Shown here piece by piece: positions 16,293 to 26,840 of a DNA stretch of 64,000 nt. Under the pieces are notes generated by a model. The model did not search any database. It had not been told where the DNA came from and saw only the letters and a program-made list of their open reading frames with translations. The translations under genes were made by a program, and so were the position numbers. This DNA is from a virus, in the IMG/VR virus record IMGVR_UViG_3300009104_000006, positions 1 to 64,000 of that record. The stretch is one strand, 5' to 3'. Within the stretch, counting starts at the first letter, position 1. Each line of letters opens with the position of its first letter.

Positions 16293-18725
16293 ATGACAAT
16301 TGAAAAGAAGTATGAAAAGATGGATGCGACGGACCTGTTTGCATCCATTTGGGATGAAATGTCAGACGAAGTGCATGAAGAGAAGGCGAGTGGAAAGACG
16401 CTTGCTGAAACAGTCACGACCGCTCGTCTTGCATTAACTAAATCTCAGAAGGCTAAGTCGTTCCTCAAGTATGTGCAATCATACAAACAGGGTAAGGCGA
16501 AGTGGAAAGCCCCCATGACTGAAGTGATACTATTGGATGATGACTACGATATAGTCGAGGCATCGTATAAGCGTGTCATGGCTCATGACTTTGATGGTAA
16601 AGGTATAGCATTCTTACGAGCCTGTCCGGAGTTTGCGAGGCATGGCGTTCTTGAGTCTATCAAGGTGGATGACACCTCACTAAGAGATGATTGGAAGAAC
16701 TTGCGTGATAAGATGTTAGAGCATGACCCCAATGGGTGTATGATACTACAACCATTCGTCAGTGCTACATCGTCTTCGGTTCTCGGACCACAGGAATACG
16801 CAGCAATCAGCGAAGGACACGACGGTATCACGGCAGGGTGGGGAAGGGTGCTTTACTTCATACTGAACCCCGACGATACACTCATGACTGAACACATGGC
16901 ATCTATCGGCCATAAGCATGGAGAGTATGAGATGGAGTTTGTATATCAGCGTGATGAAAACTTCAAGGTCGCAAAGTCAAGTGGCCCTCAAGCATACATT
17001 ACACAGATTCGTGGCGCACCACCTCATGCACCGAGAGCATCTCCGTTCTCCTTCATAGATGCTAATGGAAACGCGAGAATCGCTACGGTGGACGTTGCTA
17101 TACCCGGCGGCACAGTCGTAGTTAAGCAAGCGTATGTGGCTACCGGATTAGAAGAAATGCAAGAGTTAGAAGAGAAGGTGAATAAGGAAACCATGCCGGA
17201 AGGATTCGTCATATCGCATCCCGATGGCTCTCTCATGTCTCACGTTTGCGCTCATGCAAGACAACATGGAATCCCCTACATAGTAGGCGAGGTAAATGAA
17301 GGAGAGATATGGGTTGAAGGCTCTCCGTCTTGGGGTGCGTATTACTTAGAAGGAATGACCCCAATTGAGGCTCAACCATACGACCCATGCGCGCCGGAGT
17401 ATGTGGAATCATTCAAGGCGGGATTGAGTAGGAGTCAGACTCATTGGCAAAGACAACACGGCTGGCTCGGCCACTTCTTTCATCAATGGGCTGGTATGAA
17501 TTACAATGGGAAGGCAGGTGCTTTCCTTGCTGGAGGTTTTGTTGGTTGGATGGCTAAAGGTATACTTGCGCTATGTCTGGGTGAAATGAGATATGCTAAA
17601 TCACTCAAGAAGAATGCTATGGTGGACTTGTGGCCTACCCTAACTGCTATGGTTGGCACAGACGAGTGGAAGGAACTCAAAGAAGACTACAACGGTAAAG
17701 AGAGTTCACTTGGCGTAGCAAGTGGAAGCGAGAGGAAGCACTACTACATGGCTATGGAGAGAGTGAATGTGGATTTCCTTGAATTGAAGGCTGCACTACA
17801 ATGGTGCGTAGTCAATTTCAAAACAGGATGGTCCGGTGCTTATGGTGGTAAGGCATGGAGTGAGTGCGCTCAACATGGGGTGAATGTGTGCAACGCAGTA
17901 ATAGAGTTCACTAAATCACCGGACGAAGAATCCCTCCAAGAACTCATGGGCGTAGTCAATAACGCTAAGAATGCTGAACACAATAACGGCTTCCTGTATG
18001 GAAAGTTCCTCGACCAAAGAGCATTCGACTACTCAAGTGCGCATCCGGGTAAGGATTCTGAGGGCAATCCCAAGACGAATGGGTTATTCCCTCACAATAC
18101 ACACGGCCTCAGTTCCATGTTCCGAACGTATGAATTAGCGAGACTATTCATGGATGGGGCGCAGAATGAAAAGTGTTCACCTCCACCTACTGATTGGCTA
18201 CTTATGTTCAATTTCCTCAAGGGCAAGAGTGCGAATTATTGGCGACAACACTTCATAGCCCTTGATGCAGATATACCAGCAGGCTTGCGAAATGCAGCCA
18301 TAGAGTGTGGGCCTAAACTCATGCACTTAGGAAACAAATATACTCAATCAAACAATTTCATCCCCTGTGGGATTGAAGAGTGTAAGCACTGTAAGGATAA
18401 CGATGTTCTCGTTATGAAACTCAAATATGGAAAGGATGCAACCGCCATACTTCTTACTCCTATGTTCCCCGAAGCGTTCATGGTTGATTCAGATACCAAT
18501 AAATCAAGCATAGACGCATATGCCGTGTGTCAATTATTGAGAGATAAGAAGTATTCCGAAATAACTCCTACCATGTGGGTGGACGCATGGAATGCACTAA
18601 ACAACCAAGACCCTACTTATCCCATGCTCTCAGAATTACTAACTAAGTTCGCTAAGAATCAGATGGGTGATAATCCCGAATGGACTGATGCGGTATTAGC
18701 GATATTGAAGGAGGAAACAGAATGA
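16293..18725 (+). CDS. PEP-synthase/PPDK-like phosphotransferase (ATP-grasp + phospho-His swivel domain + unknown C-terminal domain)
   Basis: GSLMSHVCAHARQHGIPYIVG matches the PEP-utiliser mobile domain (GxxSHxAxxARxxGIP); MILQPFV, EMEFVY and YITQIR resemble PPDK-type ATP-grasp motifs. Confidence 0.7.
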   Translation: MTIEKKYEKMDATDLFASIWDEMSDEVHEEKASGKTLAETVTTARLALTKSQKAKSFLKYVQSYKQGKAKWKAPMTEVILLDDDYDIVEASYKRVMAHDFDGKGIAFLRACPEFARHGVLESIKVDDTSLRDDWKNLRDKMLEHDPNGCMILQPFVSATSSSVLGPQEYAAISEGHDGITAGWGRVLYFILNPDDTLMTEHMASIGHKHGEYEMEFVYQRDENFKVAKSSGPQAYITQIRGAPPHAPRASPFSFIDANGNARIATVDVAIPGGTVVVKQAYVATGLEEMQELEEKVNKETMPEGFVISHPDGSLMSHVCAHARQHGIPYIVGEVNEGEIWVEGSPSWGAYYLEGMTPIEAQPYDPCAPEYVESFKAGLSRSQTHWQRQHGWLGHFFHQWAGMNYNGKAGAFLAGGFVGWMAKGILALCLGEMRYAKSLKKNAMVDLWPTLTAMVGTDEWKELKEDYNGKESSLGVASGSERKHYYMAMERVNVDFLELKAALQWCVVNFKTGWSGAYGGKAWSECAQHGVNVCNAVIEFTKSPDEESLQELMGVVNNAKNAEHNNGFLYGKFLDQRAFDYSSAHPGKDSEGNPKTNGLFPHNTHGLSSMFRTYELARLFMDGAQNEKCSPPPTDWLLMFNFLKGKSANYWRQHFIALDADIPAGLRNAAIECGPKLMHLGNKYTQSNNFIPCGIEECKHCKDNDVLVMKLKYGKDATAILLTPMFPEAFMVDSDTNKSSIDAYAVCQLLRDKKYSEITPTMWVDAWNALNNQDPTYPMLSELLTKFAKNQMGDNPEWTDAVLAILKEETE

Positions 18726-20020
18726 GTGGTTGCCATAAGAAAAATCCGTTGGTGTTCGACACCGGCACAGTGAAGGTATATGCAGGTGGAACGAATCGAG
18801 AGGGTGGGTGGCATAGAATGCCCAACAAACCCGATTTAGCGATGGGTCCGTTAGGTGTGATTGCATCGAATAAGACGGCAGACTTACTACCGAAGGGATG
18901 GAAGTCATCAAGCAACGTCATTGGAAACATACCAACAGTAGTGATGGAGATTGATTGGCCCGACTACGGCATACCAAAGAATCTCGGACCATCGTGGTGG
19001 GATGCGTTGGTGGAGGACATAGAAAGTAAGAATATCACTACCATCTCCACTCAGTGTATGGGAGGACATGGGAGAACAGGAGTTCAATTGGCTATTCTTG
19101 CGCACAAACTGATACCAGAAAAGGACCACACGTGGAAGGATGCGGCAGAACTCATCGCGTTCATCCGAGAATCCTACTGTAAACACGCAGTCGAATCCAA
19201 GCAACAACAAACCTACGTGGCAGACTGCTGCGGTCTTTCTGAAGGCGAAGCGATGACCTCAGTGCAAAAGAACGCATGGGCTGGCGTGGAGTTTGACGAC
19301 TCGGCACTTATGACCGACGATGAAATGGATGCTCAGATTCGTGAGAACGAAAGAAAGCGACGGGGTAAACCGAAGCCTCAGAAAGGTAAGGGGCGCAAGC
19401 GGGAACACTACGATGACCCAATCAAGAAGAATTGGACGCTCACTAAGTGCGACGATTGCCTTGACTATGAATGGAGGCGAACCACAGAAGAGGATATGGA
19501 CATACCTTGTCGAACTTGTGGCTCGCAAGCAATTATGCAAGCAGACATAGAATTGTTAGACGGTTATGGACTCACTCAATGCGCTCACACGAATCAGATG
19601 TGGCACCCTATCGAAATGTATGATGATAAAATGTCGTTCAAAGCAATCGCACTGGATAGACGTATGCAGGTAAGAGATGTGGAAGATAGTAATGGCGAAT
19701 ATCTCGGAACTGAAATCAAACTCAATACAGTTTGGCAACCTACATGGTGGATAACTCTCGATGAAAAAGATGACCTCGTCTCAGTGAGTAAAATTTACGG
19801 ACAGATGAGAAAGACCGAGAGGGAGTTCAAGAAGAAGAATAAGCCTACCTTAGATGATTACACAAATAAGAGGCCGAAGAAGCACCACCCTAACGATACA
19901 AGACTCGACGCATATAGAGAGAAGCGCAAGAGAGGCGAAGTCGAAGATGACTTCGATAGACTCATGGGCGACGACCTACATGGGCGAGCAACAAACGAAG
20001 AAATAGAAGCGGAGGACTGA
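18722..20020 (+). CDS. Cys-based protein tyrosine/dual-specificity phosphatase with Zn-finger C-terminal region
   Basis: IDWPDYGIP (WPD-like loop), QCMGGHGRTG (CX5R), AVESKQQ (Q-loop). Confidence 0.85.
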   Translation: MSGCHKKNPLVFDTGTVKVYAGGTNREGGWHRMPNKPDLAMGPLGVIASNKTADLLPKGWKSSSNVIGNIPTVVMEIDWPDYGIPKNLGPSWWDALVEDIESKNITTISTQCMGGHGRTGVQLAILAHKLIPEKDHTWKDAAELIAFIRESYCKHAVESKQQQTYVADCCGLSEGEAMTSVQKNAWAGVEFDDSALMTDDEMDAQIRENERKRRGKPKPQKGKGRKREHYDDPIKKNWTLTKCDDCLDYEWRRTTEEDMDIPCRTCGSQAIMQADIELLDGYGLTQCAHTNQMWHPIEMYDDKMSFKAIALDRRMQVRDVEDSNGEYLGTEIKLNTVWQPTWWITLDEKDDLVSVSKIYGQMRKTEREFKKKNKPTLDDYTNKRPKKHHPNDTRLDAYREKRKRGEVEDDFDRLMGDDLHGRATNEEIEAED

Positions 20021-20022
20021 AA

Positions 20023-20469
20023 ATGGAAACAATGATGGAAGAAGAAAGACTGCAAGTAAAGTGCAATTACGACGATGAATTGATGCACATACAAGGTGTA
20101 TCGGGGAAGACCCAAATGGGGAGAGAGTATGGAATTGCGGAGAAAATAAGGACGACGATGGACGTTAGTATGTGGTTGCGCGAGCAACCTCCTGTCCTCA
20201 AGTCTGCGGCATCTGGTGAACTGCTATACACACCTTTCACCATATACAGGTATGCAAATGGAGTGATGCAGATGTTCATTCCCGGCACGCCCGCTAACCA
20301 CCCACAAGGTGCTATGTTGGGATTACACCCCCTTTCTGAGGGAGTAAAGAGAGTGCTGACTTTCGCTAAGAAGGCCGGATTCATACAAGAGGCAGACACT
20401 GACCCGTATGTGCCGGAAGAAACGCTTAACCTCGATGCTGGACTATTCATAGAGGGGGAAGAGGAATGA
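20023..20469 (+). CDS. Hypothetical protein
   Basis: ORF with SD, ends GEEE. Confidence 0.65.
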   Translation: METMMEEERLQVKCNYDDELMHIQGVSGKTQMGREYGIAEKIRTTMDVSMWLREQPPVLKSAASGELLYTPFTIYRYANGVMQMFIPGTPANHPQGAMLGLHPLSEGVKRVLTFAKKAGFIQEADTDPYVPEETLNLDAGLFIEGEEE

Positions 20470-20708
20470 GCGATACCGGTTATCCGGCATGGATGCTCTA
20501 TCGTTTACATACCTCAAGTGGAGAATCGTGGATTGATTTTAGGCAGGTGTGTGCAATAGTTTGCCACCTACCTAATAGGGAGAACTTCAACATAGATGTG
20601 CATATGAAGAATGGAAGCATATTCACCGTGATTGATACTAACCACGCTCACCGCAAAGAAATCATGAACGCATGGAAAAACATAATTCAAGCGGAGGGGA
20701 ACGAATGA
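20466..20708 (+). CDS. Hypothetical protein
   Basis: ATGA-coupled ORF. Confidence 0.6.
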   Translation: MSDTGYPAWMLYRLHTSSGESWIDFRQVCAIVCHLPNRENFNIDVHMKNGSIFTVIDTNHAHRKEIMNAWKNIIQAEGNE

Positions 20709-21286
20709 AGTTTGAGAATGATACAGTAGCGAAGATTGCAGACACCTTGCAGACACTCAACAATGAGTTAGGTAAGGACTTCCCCATACCCCCGAAGACT
20801 GCTAAAATGATTGCAGATAGACGTAAGTCCTTTAGACGCTTCCAGCGTATGTGTGATGATAGTCGCCTTCAGCACTTTGGTTGGATAACACATATGCCAC
20901 CAATTGATTCACTTACGGACCCATTGACTATGTTCATGTTATGGGAAGAATTAGCGGAGATACACGACTTACCTATGGCATTCTTCTCAGCACTTGGATT
21001 ACATATGCGAACAGACCCCGGCATTATGAAGGTATACAATAAGGGTGTATGGGTATTCTTTACTGACAAGGATGGACAACCTACCTTAGAAGAGAAGCAC
21101 GCAAAACTGACCACGCCTGCATTTCATAGAGCGGCGTGGGATGGCGCATTAGCAGGATTTTGGGATATGGAGGACGTGATGATGTTCCCTTCATGTGTGG
21201 ATATGCCTACTGAGACACTGATGGAGATTACCGAACAAACACCCCAAGTGGGAGCGGAGATTTACTTCGTTGAACCATTAGAATGA
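20705..21286 (+). CDS. Hypothetical protein
   Basis: ATG 20705 overlaps upstream stop, GGAGG SD. Confidence 0.65.
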   Translation: MKFENDTVAKIADTLQTLNNELGKDFPIPPKTAKMIADRRKSFRRFQRMCDDSRLQHFGWITHMPPIDSLTDPLTMFMLWEELAEIHDLPMAFFSALGLHMRTDPGIMKVYNKGVWVFFTDKDGQPTLEEKHAKLTTPAFHRAAWDGALAGFWDMEDVMMFPSCVDMPTETLMEITEQTPQVGAEIYFVEPLE

Positions 21287-21290
21287 AGGT

Positions 21291-21313
21291 TTGGTATTTA
21301 AACGAAGATAGTA
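21291..21313 (+). promoter_or_regulatory. Conserved 23-bp motif, copy 5
   Basis: Exact copy followed by ATAGGAGAATGAGAAACATG. Confidence 0.8.
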
Positions 21314-21321
21314 ATAGGAGA

Positions 21322-21861
21322 ATGAGAAACATGACAAAAATAATGAAAATGATTTGTGGAACGGATTTCGGGCATCCTCGAACAGGGAGAACGTCGAGAA
21401 CGTGGATTTCTGCTTTAGAGAGCGAGCGGGGATTCTATGGAATCCGTAATAAGGAAACAGGAGAGATACACGTGCCGAGCGTATACTACGTCGAGTTTTG
21501 TCGAGGCGAATCGCAGACGTATTGGGATAGTGAGACGAACACCACCTACATCAAAGGCATATGGAAGATAACAAGATTTAACGACGACATTAAATTGTTG
21601 CTAAAGCGGTATCGCAAGAAAGAGAGCGACTTTGAGATTATTGCATTCAGCATGAAGGACGGCAAAGGACTTCCATTCAATCAAGGGTATGGTGGAATAA
21701 ACCGCATATACGAGGCTGGTCCATCACCTATGCAAAGAGATGACGCACAAAACATTCAACAAATCGTGGTCTTGCAGACCTCATTAACCCCCTCAGATAA
21801 GGGCGAAGTGCAGGTAGTCAAGAAGAATGCGATTGTTGCATTAGAAGTGAAGGAGGTATGA
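21322..21861 (+). CDS. Hypothetical protein
   Basis: Start reassigned to ATG 21322 (or 21331) downstream of motif copy 5. Confidence 0.65.
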   Translation: MRNMTKIMKMICGTDFGHPRTGRTSRTWISALESERGFYGIRNKETGEIHVPSVYYVEFCRGESQTYWDSETNTTYIKGIWKITRFNDDIKLLLKRYRKKESDFEIIAFSMKDGKGLPFNQGYGGINRIYEAGPSPMQRDDAQNIQQIVVLQTSLTPSDKGEVQVVKKNAIVALEVKEV

Positions 21862-23573
21862 ATATGAGCGGAGAAAGACAAGGTTGGTCCACATGGGCAA
21901 GATATGAGGAAGCAGGTATCGTCGGTAACGATATGATGTTTACTGACGATAAAATTGAGATAGCGCACGCTATTGGTAAGACGAGAGATACGATTGGCAA
22001 GTGTTGGCCTATGGATGCGGCAGTGGCGTTTAGCCTCGCATCTAAAGGGCCGGGCGTGAGTTTGAAAGCCGAAGATTTGGTTAATCAACACACGAAAATG
22101 GCGGCGGCTATGATGACTCAGATGGTTGGATATGGCACTGTGCCAGACCCAAGAGTCGAATCATGCGGACATGATGAGGTTGATGCCCGCCTTGTAAAGT
22201 GGAGAACACCCTACCTTGATGATGGAATCATCAAATGGCGCATCCAGAAACATAGCGGATTACAAGGATTGCTTGAGACAATGAAGAAGTCGTGGGATTT
22301 CCGTATATGTGGAGAAGCACCGGACTTTAGTATTCCAGAAGCACATGGCATCTTGATGAGTCCGAAATTCGCTCCACTGCGAATACAGATAGAGAAGAAA
22401 CTCAAAAGCACTAAGTGGGATTGTGCGAGCGAACCTTTCACTTACAGTAATACTCTTGGAGAGTGCAAATGGAAGGGCGAGGTATACCCTGAAGGCCACG
22501 AACAAGCAGGTAGTCCGAGATTGTGCGCTCACCACGACCAACCATCCTATACCGGATGGGTTCTCATTAAGAGAATAAAGGACGGAAAAATCAACGACAA
22601 GAGGTTTGTGAAAATATGGAATAGGGGAGCAGGCGTAGGTTCAGTGCATCAAGGCTGGAACAACGATATGATTGCCCAAAAGATGGGATATTATGGGTCT
22701 AAGCATATAGCGGTTAAGAGAGTCGTGTTATGGGATAAGGTAGCGAGAAGCCTCTCTAACACTATATGGGAGAACGACCCTAAGTTTGTTATCAAGAACA
22801 TTAAGGAAGCATTGAGGCGTATGCAGTCAAGGAACTTAAACTGCGTAGCAAGAGATGGAGAACGTAGCGAAACTTCGGGCAGAATGCTACCCTCCACAGT
22901 CACATATAGGTGGAAGAATTGGGAATGGCTTGCTCAATTGAAGGCTTGGATAGCACAGACAAGTAAGAAGAATCGTAAAGAGCATGACCTCGTAAATGGC
23001 TGGAAATGGACAAAGTATGATGCTAAACAATCCTACGGGTTTGAAATTGCTAAGTTCAAGTGGATTCCGGGTAAGGCGAACGAAGATTATGTCGAGGCAG
23101 AACACAAGAGTGGTGTGGGGAACGATGCGGTTTACACCACACCACCTGCAATCGAAGACAAGATTTACACTTACTACGTAAACATAGGTGGAAACTCTTG
23201 GAACTCTAAAGGACTCCCGTATAGATTCAAGAGCAAGCAAGAGGCTTACAAGTTCAAGAACTTCCTTTCTATGATGGCAGGTAAGTGCGGTGCCGTAAAC
23301 TCAGAAGGCAGAACATGGGATGGAAGTGCAGGTATAGAAGCGGTTGATGGAAACGAAGCCTTCTCGGTAATGAGAACCGCTCATAACCTTGAGATGGGGA
23401 TGGATATAGACCCCGAAAACACACCGAATCCTACCGAGATAATGCAAGCCATCCTCTTCGGCACACCCCAAGAGTATGACGAACACATCGAATACCTTAC
23501 CAAAGCGTGTGCAACTGATTACAAACGCCCCGTTATTATGGAAGTGGAAGAAGAGCAAAAGGTGGTCGCTTGA
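21858..23573 (+). CDS. Large hypothetical protein
   Basis: 571-aa ORF, GGAGGT SD, no motif recognised. Confidence 0.75.
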   Translation: MNMSGERQGWSTWARYEEAGIVGNDMMFTDDKIEIAHAIGKTRDTIGKCWPMDAAVAFSLASKGPGVSLKAEDLVNQHTKMAAAMMTQMVGYGTVPDPRVESCGHDEVDARLVKWRTPYLDDGIIKWRIQKHSGLQGLLETMKKSWDFRICGEAPDFSIPEAHGILMSPKFAPLRIQIEKKLKSTKWDCASEPFTYSNTLGECKWKGEVYPEGHEQAGSPRLCAHHDQPSYTGWVLIKRIKDGKINDKRFVKIWNRGAGVGSVHQGWNNDMIAQKMGYYGSKHIAVKRVVLWDKVARSLSNTIWENDPKFVIKNIKEALRRMQSRNLNCVARDGERSETSGRMLPSTVTYRWKNWEWLAQLKAWIAQTSKKNRKEHDLVNGWKWTKYDAKQSYGFEIAKFKWIPGKANEDYVEAEHKSGVGNDAVYTTPPAIEDKIYTYYVNIGGNSWNSKGLPYRFKSKQEAYKFKNFLSMMAGKCGAVNSEGRTWDGSAGIEAVDGNEAFSVMRTAHNLEMGMDIDPENTPNPTEIMQAILFGTPQEYDEHIEYLTKACATDYKRPVIMEVEEEQKVVA

Positions 23574-23884
23574 TTACCCCCGAAGTAGGAATGGGCGCGA
23601 CCATGTGTGTTGGCTCGGACCGATACCCCGCTACCATCATTGAAGTGGAGTTCAATGCGGATGGGCTTGTTAAGACAATAGCGGTTCAAGAGGATAGTGC
23701 GAAAACCATAGGTGGAAAATGGCCTAACCTCGATTACGAGTATCACCCTAACCCAAAAGGGAATATCGTATACTACTCAATGCGGAAGACAGGGAGATTC
23801 AAGCAGAAAGGCTGGCCCCTACGTTCTCCGGGTGGAGGAATCGGGATAGGACATAGGCGGTATTACCAAGACCCGTCGTTTTGA
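23570..23884 (+). CDS. Conserved viral hypothetical protein
   Basis: GMGAT...SDRYPATIIEV...RRYYQDPSF pattern typical of small phage proteins. Confidence 0.65.
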   Translation: MITPEVGMGATMCVGSDRYPATIIEVEFNADGLVKTIAVQEDSAKTIGGKWPNLDYEYHPNPKGNIVYYSMRKTGRFKQKGWPLRSPGGGIGIGHRRYYQDPSF

Positions 23885-23897
23885 AGGAGAGAGAAGA

Positions 23898-24602
23898 ATG
23901 AACGAACAATGGAAACCAACGAAAGAACTGATAGAATGGGCGAAGGAACACTTTGCGCAAATGAGTGTAGGCGGTCTATGGATGCCCGAAGGAAGTGGGC
24001 TGACGTATATCAAGGAGACAGAAAACAAGTGGCGACTACAATCCATGATAGAGAGCGATGAAGTGAGAGAGAATCACGACAGAATGAAGACACTGATGTG
24101 GGACGCGGGAGTCTCCGTATTGGATGACGATGTGGCTATACTACCACTACCGGAAACGGCGGAAGAGGCTTACCTCCAAGAGATAACAATGAAGAGAGAG
24201 GTCGCTAAAGGATGGGCCGATAAGGATGGAACCTTGCTTATAGATATGGGGCTGGAAAATTTGTGGCCGGAATATATTGAAAACAGGGAGATTCTTCTCG
24301 ATGATGGTGAGACTAAGTCCATCGAAATATGGGGCTACAAAGCACTCAATCCAAACACAGGCGAGCAGATTGTGATTGACCCCGACGACTACCATCTGCT
24401 GATGGGAGATGAATACTTCATGCGATTTAGGGCCAAAGAAAGATGGTATAGTGCTTTGAGTCGAGAAGAGATGGTGGCATATTTGGATGCGGGTGAAACA
24501 GGCGTAGGAGTAGGCTCCTTAATCGACGAAGTAAGAGTTCCGCCTTGGCTATGGGGAACCTACTGTGAAGAGACGACCATCACAAAGGAAGAAGAGGAAT
24601 GA
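23898..24602 (+). CDS. Hypothetical protein
   Basis: 234-aa ORF ending EEEE. Confidence 0.7.
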   Translation: MNEQWKPTKELIEWAKEHFAQMSVGGLWMPEGSGLTYIKETENKWRLQSMIESDEVRENHDRMKTLMWDAGVSVLDDDVAILPLPETAEEAYLQEITMKREVAKGWADKDGTLLIDMGLENLWPEYIENREILLDDGETKSIEIWGYKALNPNTGEQIVIDPDDYHLLMGDEYFMRFRAKERWYSALSREEMVAYLDAGETGVGVGSLIDEVRVPPWLWGTYCEETTITKEEEE

Positions 24603-25984
24603 AAATGAATACTCTTAGCAATGACGAGTGGGAGGCCATACGAGCCTTTCTCTTAGTGTCTCCAAGTGAATTAGCATTCACATCTAAGGGAAGTTTATGC
24701 AACGATGTAGTTTTGCATCCGGTTAAATTGCCGAATACAAATATAGATTCTGGTCTATATTTCGATAGCGAAGGTGGATTCAATAAGTTCATCGAGATGA
24801 TTCCTATATTGGCGGAGAAATTCAACGCCGTGCATCAAACGCAAGAGAGAATATGGGATGGAGAGAAGGGTGTAAGCCTGTTGCCATCTGCACATCTTGG
24901 CATAGGTAAGACAAAATACCCGTCTGCCCTATCGTTTGGAAATGTAGGAACAGGAAGATACGGGGCATTGGAAATAATAAACGCAAGTAAGCAATTCATA
25001 GAAGACAATAGACTCCACATAGTGCGCCCTAAAAGAAGGCAGATATCCCTTAGTAAATTGGAAGAAGTAGGAATAGAAGTTAATTCCCCACACTATACTG
25101 CGGCAATCTCTCTTGGAGCAAGTGGATATGAGAACATAGCATCAGAAGATACGGGGCATTTACTGACGGGCCTCTTTACTGCCGAACAATGGGCGGCGGA
25201 TAATTTGAATGACGGCGTAGTAGGTCCAATAGAAATAATTAGAGACACTATCGCTTCTGATTTTGTCGTGAAGGCTCACGATGACTTAAGGAACGTGTTA
25301 ATTCAAATTAACGAAAGTGAAAGTAAGAAAGATAGACACATTACAACAGTCTCATTCAAAACGAAGTTCCAAAACTATTACACCTCGCCGGATAGGATAT
25401 TTCAAGCGTGGTTCGACAAATTCGCTGGAGGAAATTATCACGAAATTTACCATTCTTACAAAAAGACACCAATGTTCAAGGAGTATAAGAGGGAATACGA
25501 GCGAATCCAATCAGAAGCAATTGCCTATCTTAATTATGAAGGATTTGGTGATTTGCTCGACTCTCTAATCATAGAGGTGTGGCTTTCATCATCATCTAAC
25601 CCGCGTCAGTTAGATATAGAGAAAAATGCTGATGGGTTTTTCTTTGATTTACCATCCTTAGACACATACGATAGCGGAGCGTTCAGCATCGGCGAAGTTT
25701 ACCATCGAGATTTGGATAGGTGGTTCCCAAACCCAGAAGTGCAGGTGCGGTTGTATCACAAAGAAAATACCGAGCCACAAGCGTGGCACGTGTTGAGAAA
25801 TCTCCCCAAGATTTTCACTGAGTTAGAAACCTATCACAAAGTAATGAGTGAGATAGTAGCCTTAACACATAGAGATGATGGTGGGGAATTATTGGACGAC
25901 GATAGACGAAATGAAGTATTGGACGAGATTATCTCGCTCCTTGCTCCGTTCGACTACGCTGTGATGAAGGGGGAAGAGGAATGA
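24599..25984 (+). CDS. Hypothetical protein
   Basis: 461-aa ORF, ATGA-coupled, ends GEEE. Confidence 0.7.
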   Translation: MKMNTLSNDEWEAIRAFLLVSPSELAFTSKGSLCNDVVLHPVKLPNTNIDSGLYFDSEGGFNKFIEMIPILAEKFNAVHQTQERIWDGEKGVSLLPSAHLGIGKTKYPSALSFGNVGTGRYGALEIINASKQFIEDNRLHIVRPKRRQISLSKLEEVGIEVNSPHYTAAISLGASGYENIASEDTGHLLTGLFTAEQWAADNLNDGVVGPIEIIRDTIASDFVVKAHDDLRNVLIQINESESKKDRHITTVSFKTKFQNYYTSPDRIFQAWFDKFAGGNYHEIYHSYKKTPMFKEYKREYERIQSEAIAYLNYEGFGDLLDSLIIEVWLSSSSNPRQLDIEKNADGFFFDLPSLDTYDSGAFSIGEVYHRDLDRWFPNPEVQVRLYHKENTEPQAWHVLRNLPKIFTELETYHKVMSEIVALTHRDDGGELLDDDRRNEVLDEIISLLAPFDYAVMKGEEE

Positions 25985-26054
25985 TTACTGAGGCTCTATT
26001 ACGGATTCTTCCTAAGTGGTTTATTCTATTGGGGGATTTAGTGGAGGTATTAAA

Positions 26055-26342
26055 ATGAATAACTACGAAATAGAATGGTATTCACAGACCGACGATTGCA
26101 TGAAAACCACATCATTAACGATGAAGGATTTGGCTGACTTCTTCCTACAAATTAGAGGTTTTCCAAGCATACTATTCTTGGGTTCAATTGCAGGTGAAGG
26201 ACAATCGGGCGGTCGGTTTATCACCGAATGCGCTAAGGATTTAGAGCGAGCCATCATTGACGATTTAGGCATGGATGAATACACGAGACAGATGGATGAG
26301 ATGATAAATCCTCATCGGTTAATGGGAGATGGTGCTCGATGA
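26055..26342 (+). CDS. Hypothetical protein
   Basis: GGAGGT SD before ATG 26055. Confidence 0.6.
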   Translation: MNNYEIEWYSQTDDCMKTTSLTMKDLADFFLQIRGFPSILFLGSIAGEGQSGGRFITECAKDLERAIIDDLGMDEYTRQMDEMINPHRLMGDGAR

Positions 26343-26614
26343 CTTCTGACGAGATAGCGTGGAAGAGTCCGAGCATGGAAGGTAAGTGGAAGGACAACAA
26401 GGGAGTTATTCACCTGCGCTCCATCGAATACTACGGCAAGGATTGGATAGATATGCGTATCATGAATATGTCCAAGACTCCACCTCATTTCACTCGACAC
26501 GGAGTTAGACTCACACTAACGCAAGCAAAGGAGATGGTTGCGGTATTGAAGGAGATGGTTGCGGCCATGCAAGAGAAGAGGGAGAAGGATGAGAGGAAGA
26601 GCGGCGAGCATTGA
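26339..26614 (+). CDS. PC4/p15-like ssDNA-binding protein
   Basis: IEYYGKDWIDMR...FTRHGVRLT.TQ matches the PC4-family pattern. Confidence 0.7.
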   Translation: MTSDEIAWKSPSMEGKWKDNKGVIHLRSIEYYGKDWIDMRIMNMSKTPPHFTRHGVRLTLTQAKEMVAVLKEMVAAMQEKREKDERKSGEH

Positions 26615-26840
26615 CCATGCTGAGTATGAAATCCTGCGCGTCTTAATCGACGACATAGACCTGCGTAGGCTTCGCCAATCTATGTGTCCGGACGATAAGG
26701 ACACCAAGAAGAAAGAAACGGCAGAAAACCGATTCGATAAGGCTGCTGCGAATGTAGCAGTATTGATACAGAACATGATGGATAGAAGAGCGCACAAACT
26801 ACCAAAGAACCACGTCGATTACAAGGAGAAGAGCAAATGA
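26589..26840 (+). CDS. Hypothetical protein
   Basis: ORF whose stop overlaps the next start. Confidence 0.55.
   Translation: MRGRAASIDHAEYEILRVLIDDIDLRRLRQSMCPDDKDTKKKETAENRFDKAAANVAVLIQNMMDRRAHKLPKNHVDYKEKSK

Noticed and set aside
21283-21321. N-terminal extension MKVWYLNEDS of the 21283 ORF, and antisense ORFs containing YYLRLNTK
   Set aside because: These are just the 23-bp motif read in different frames
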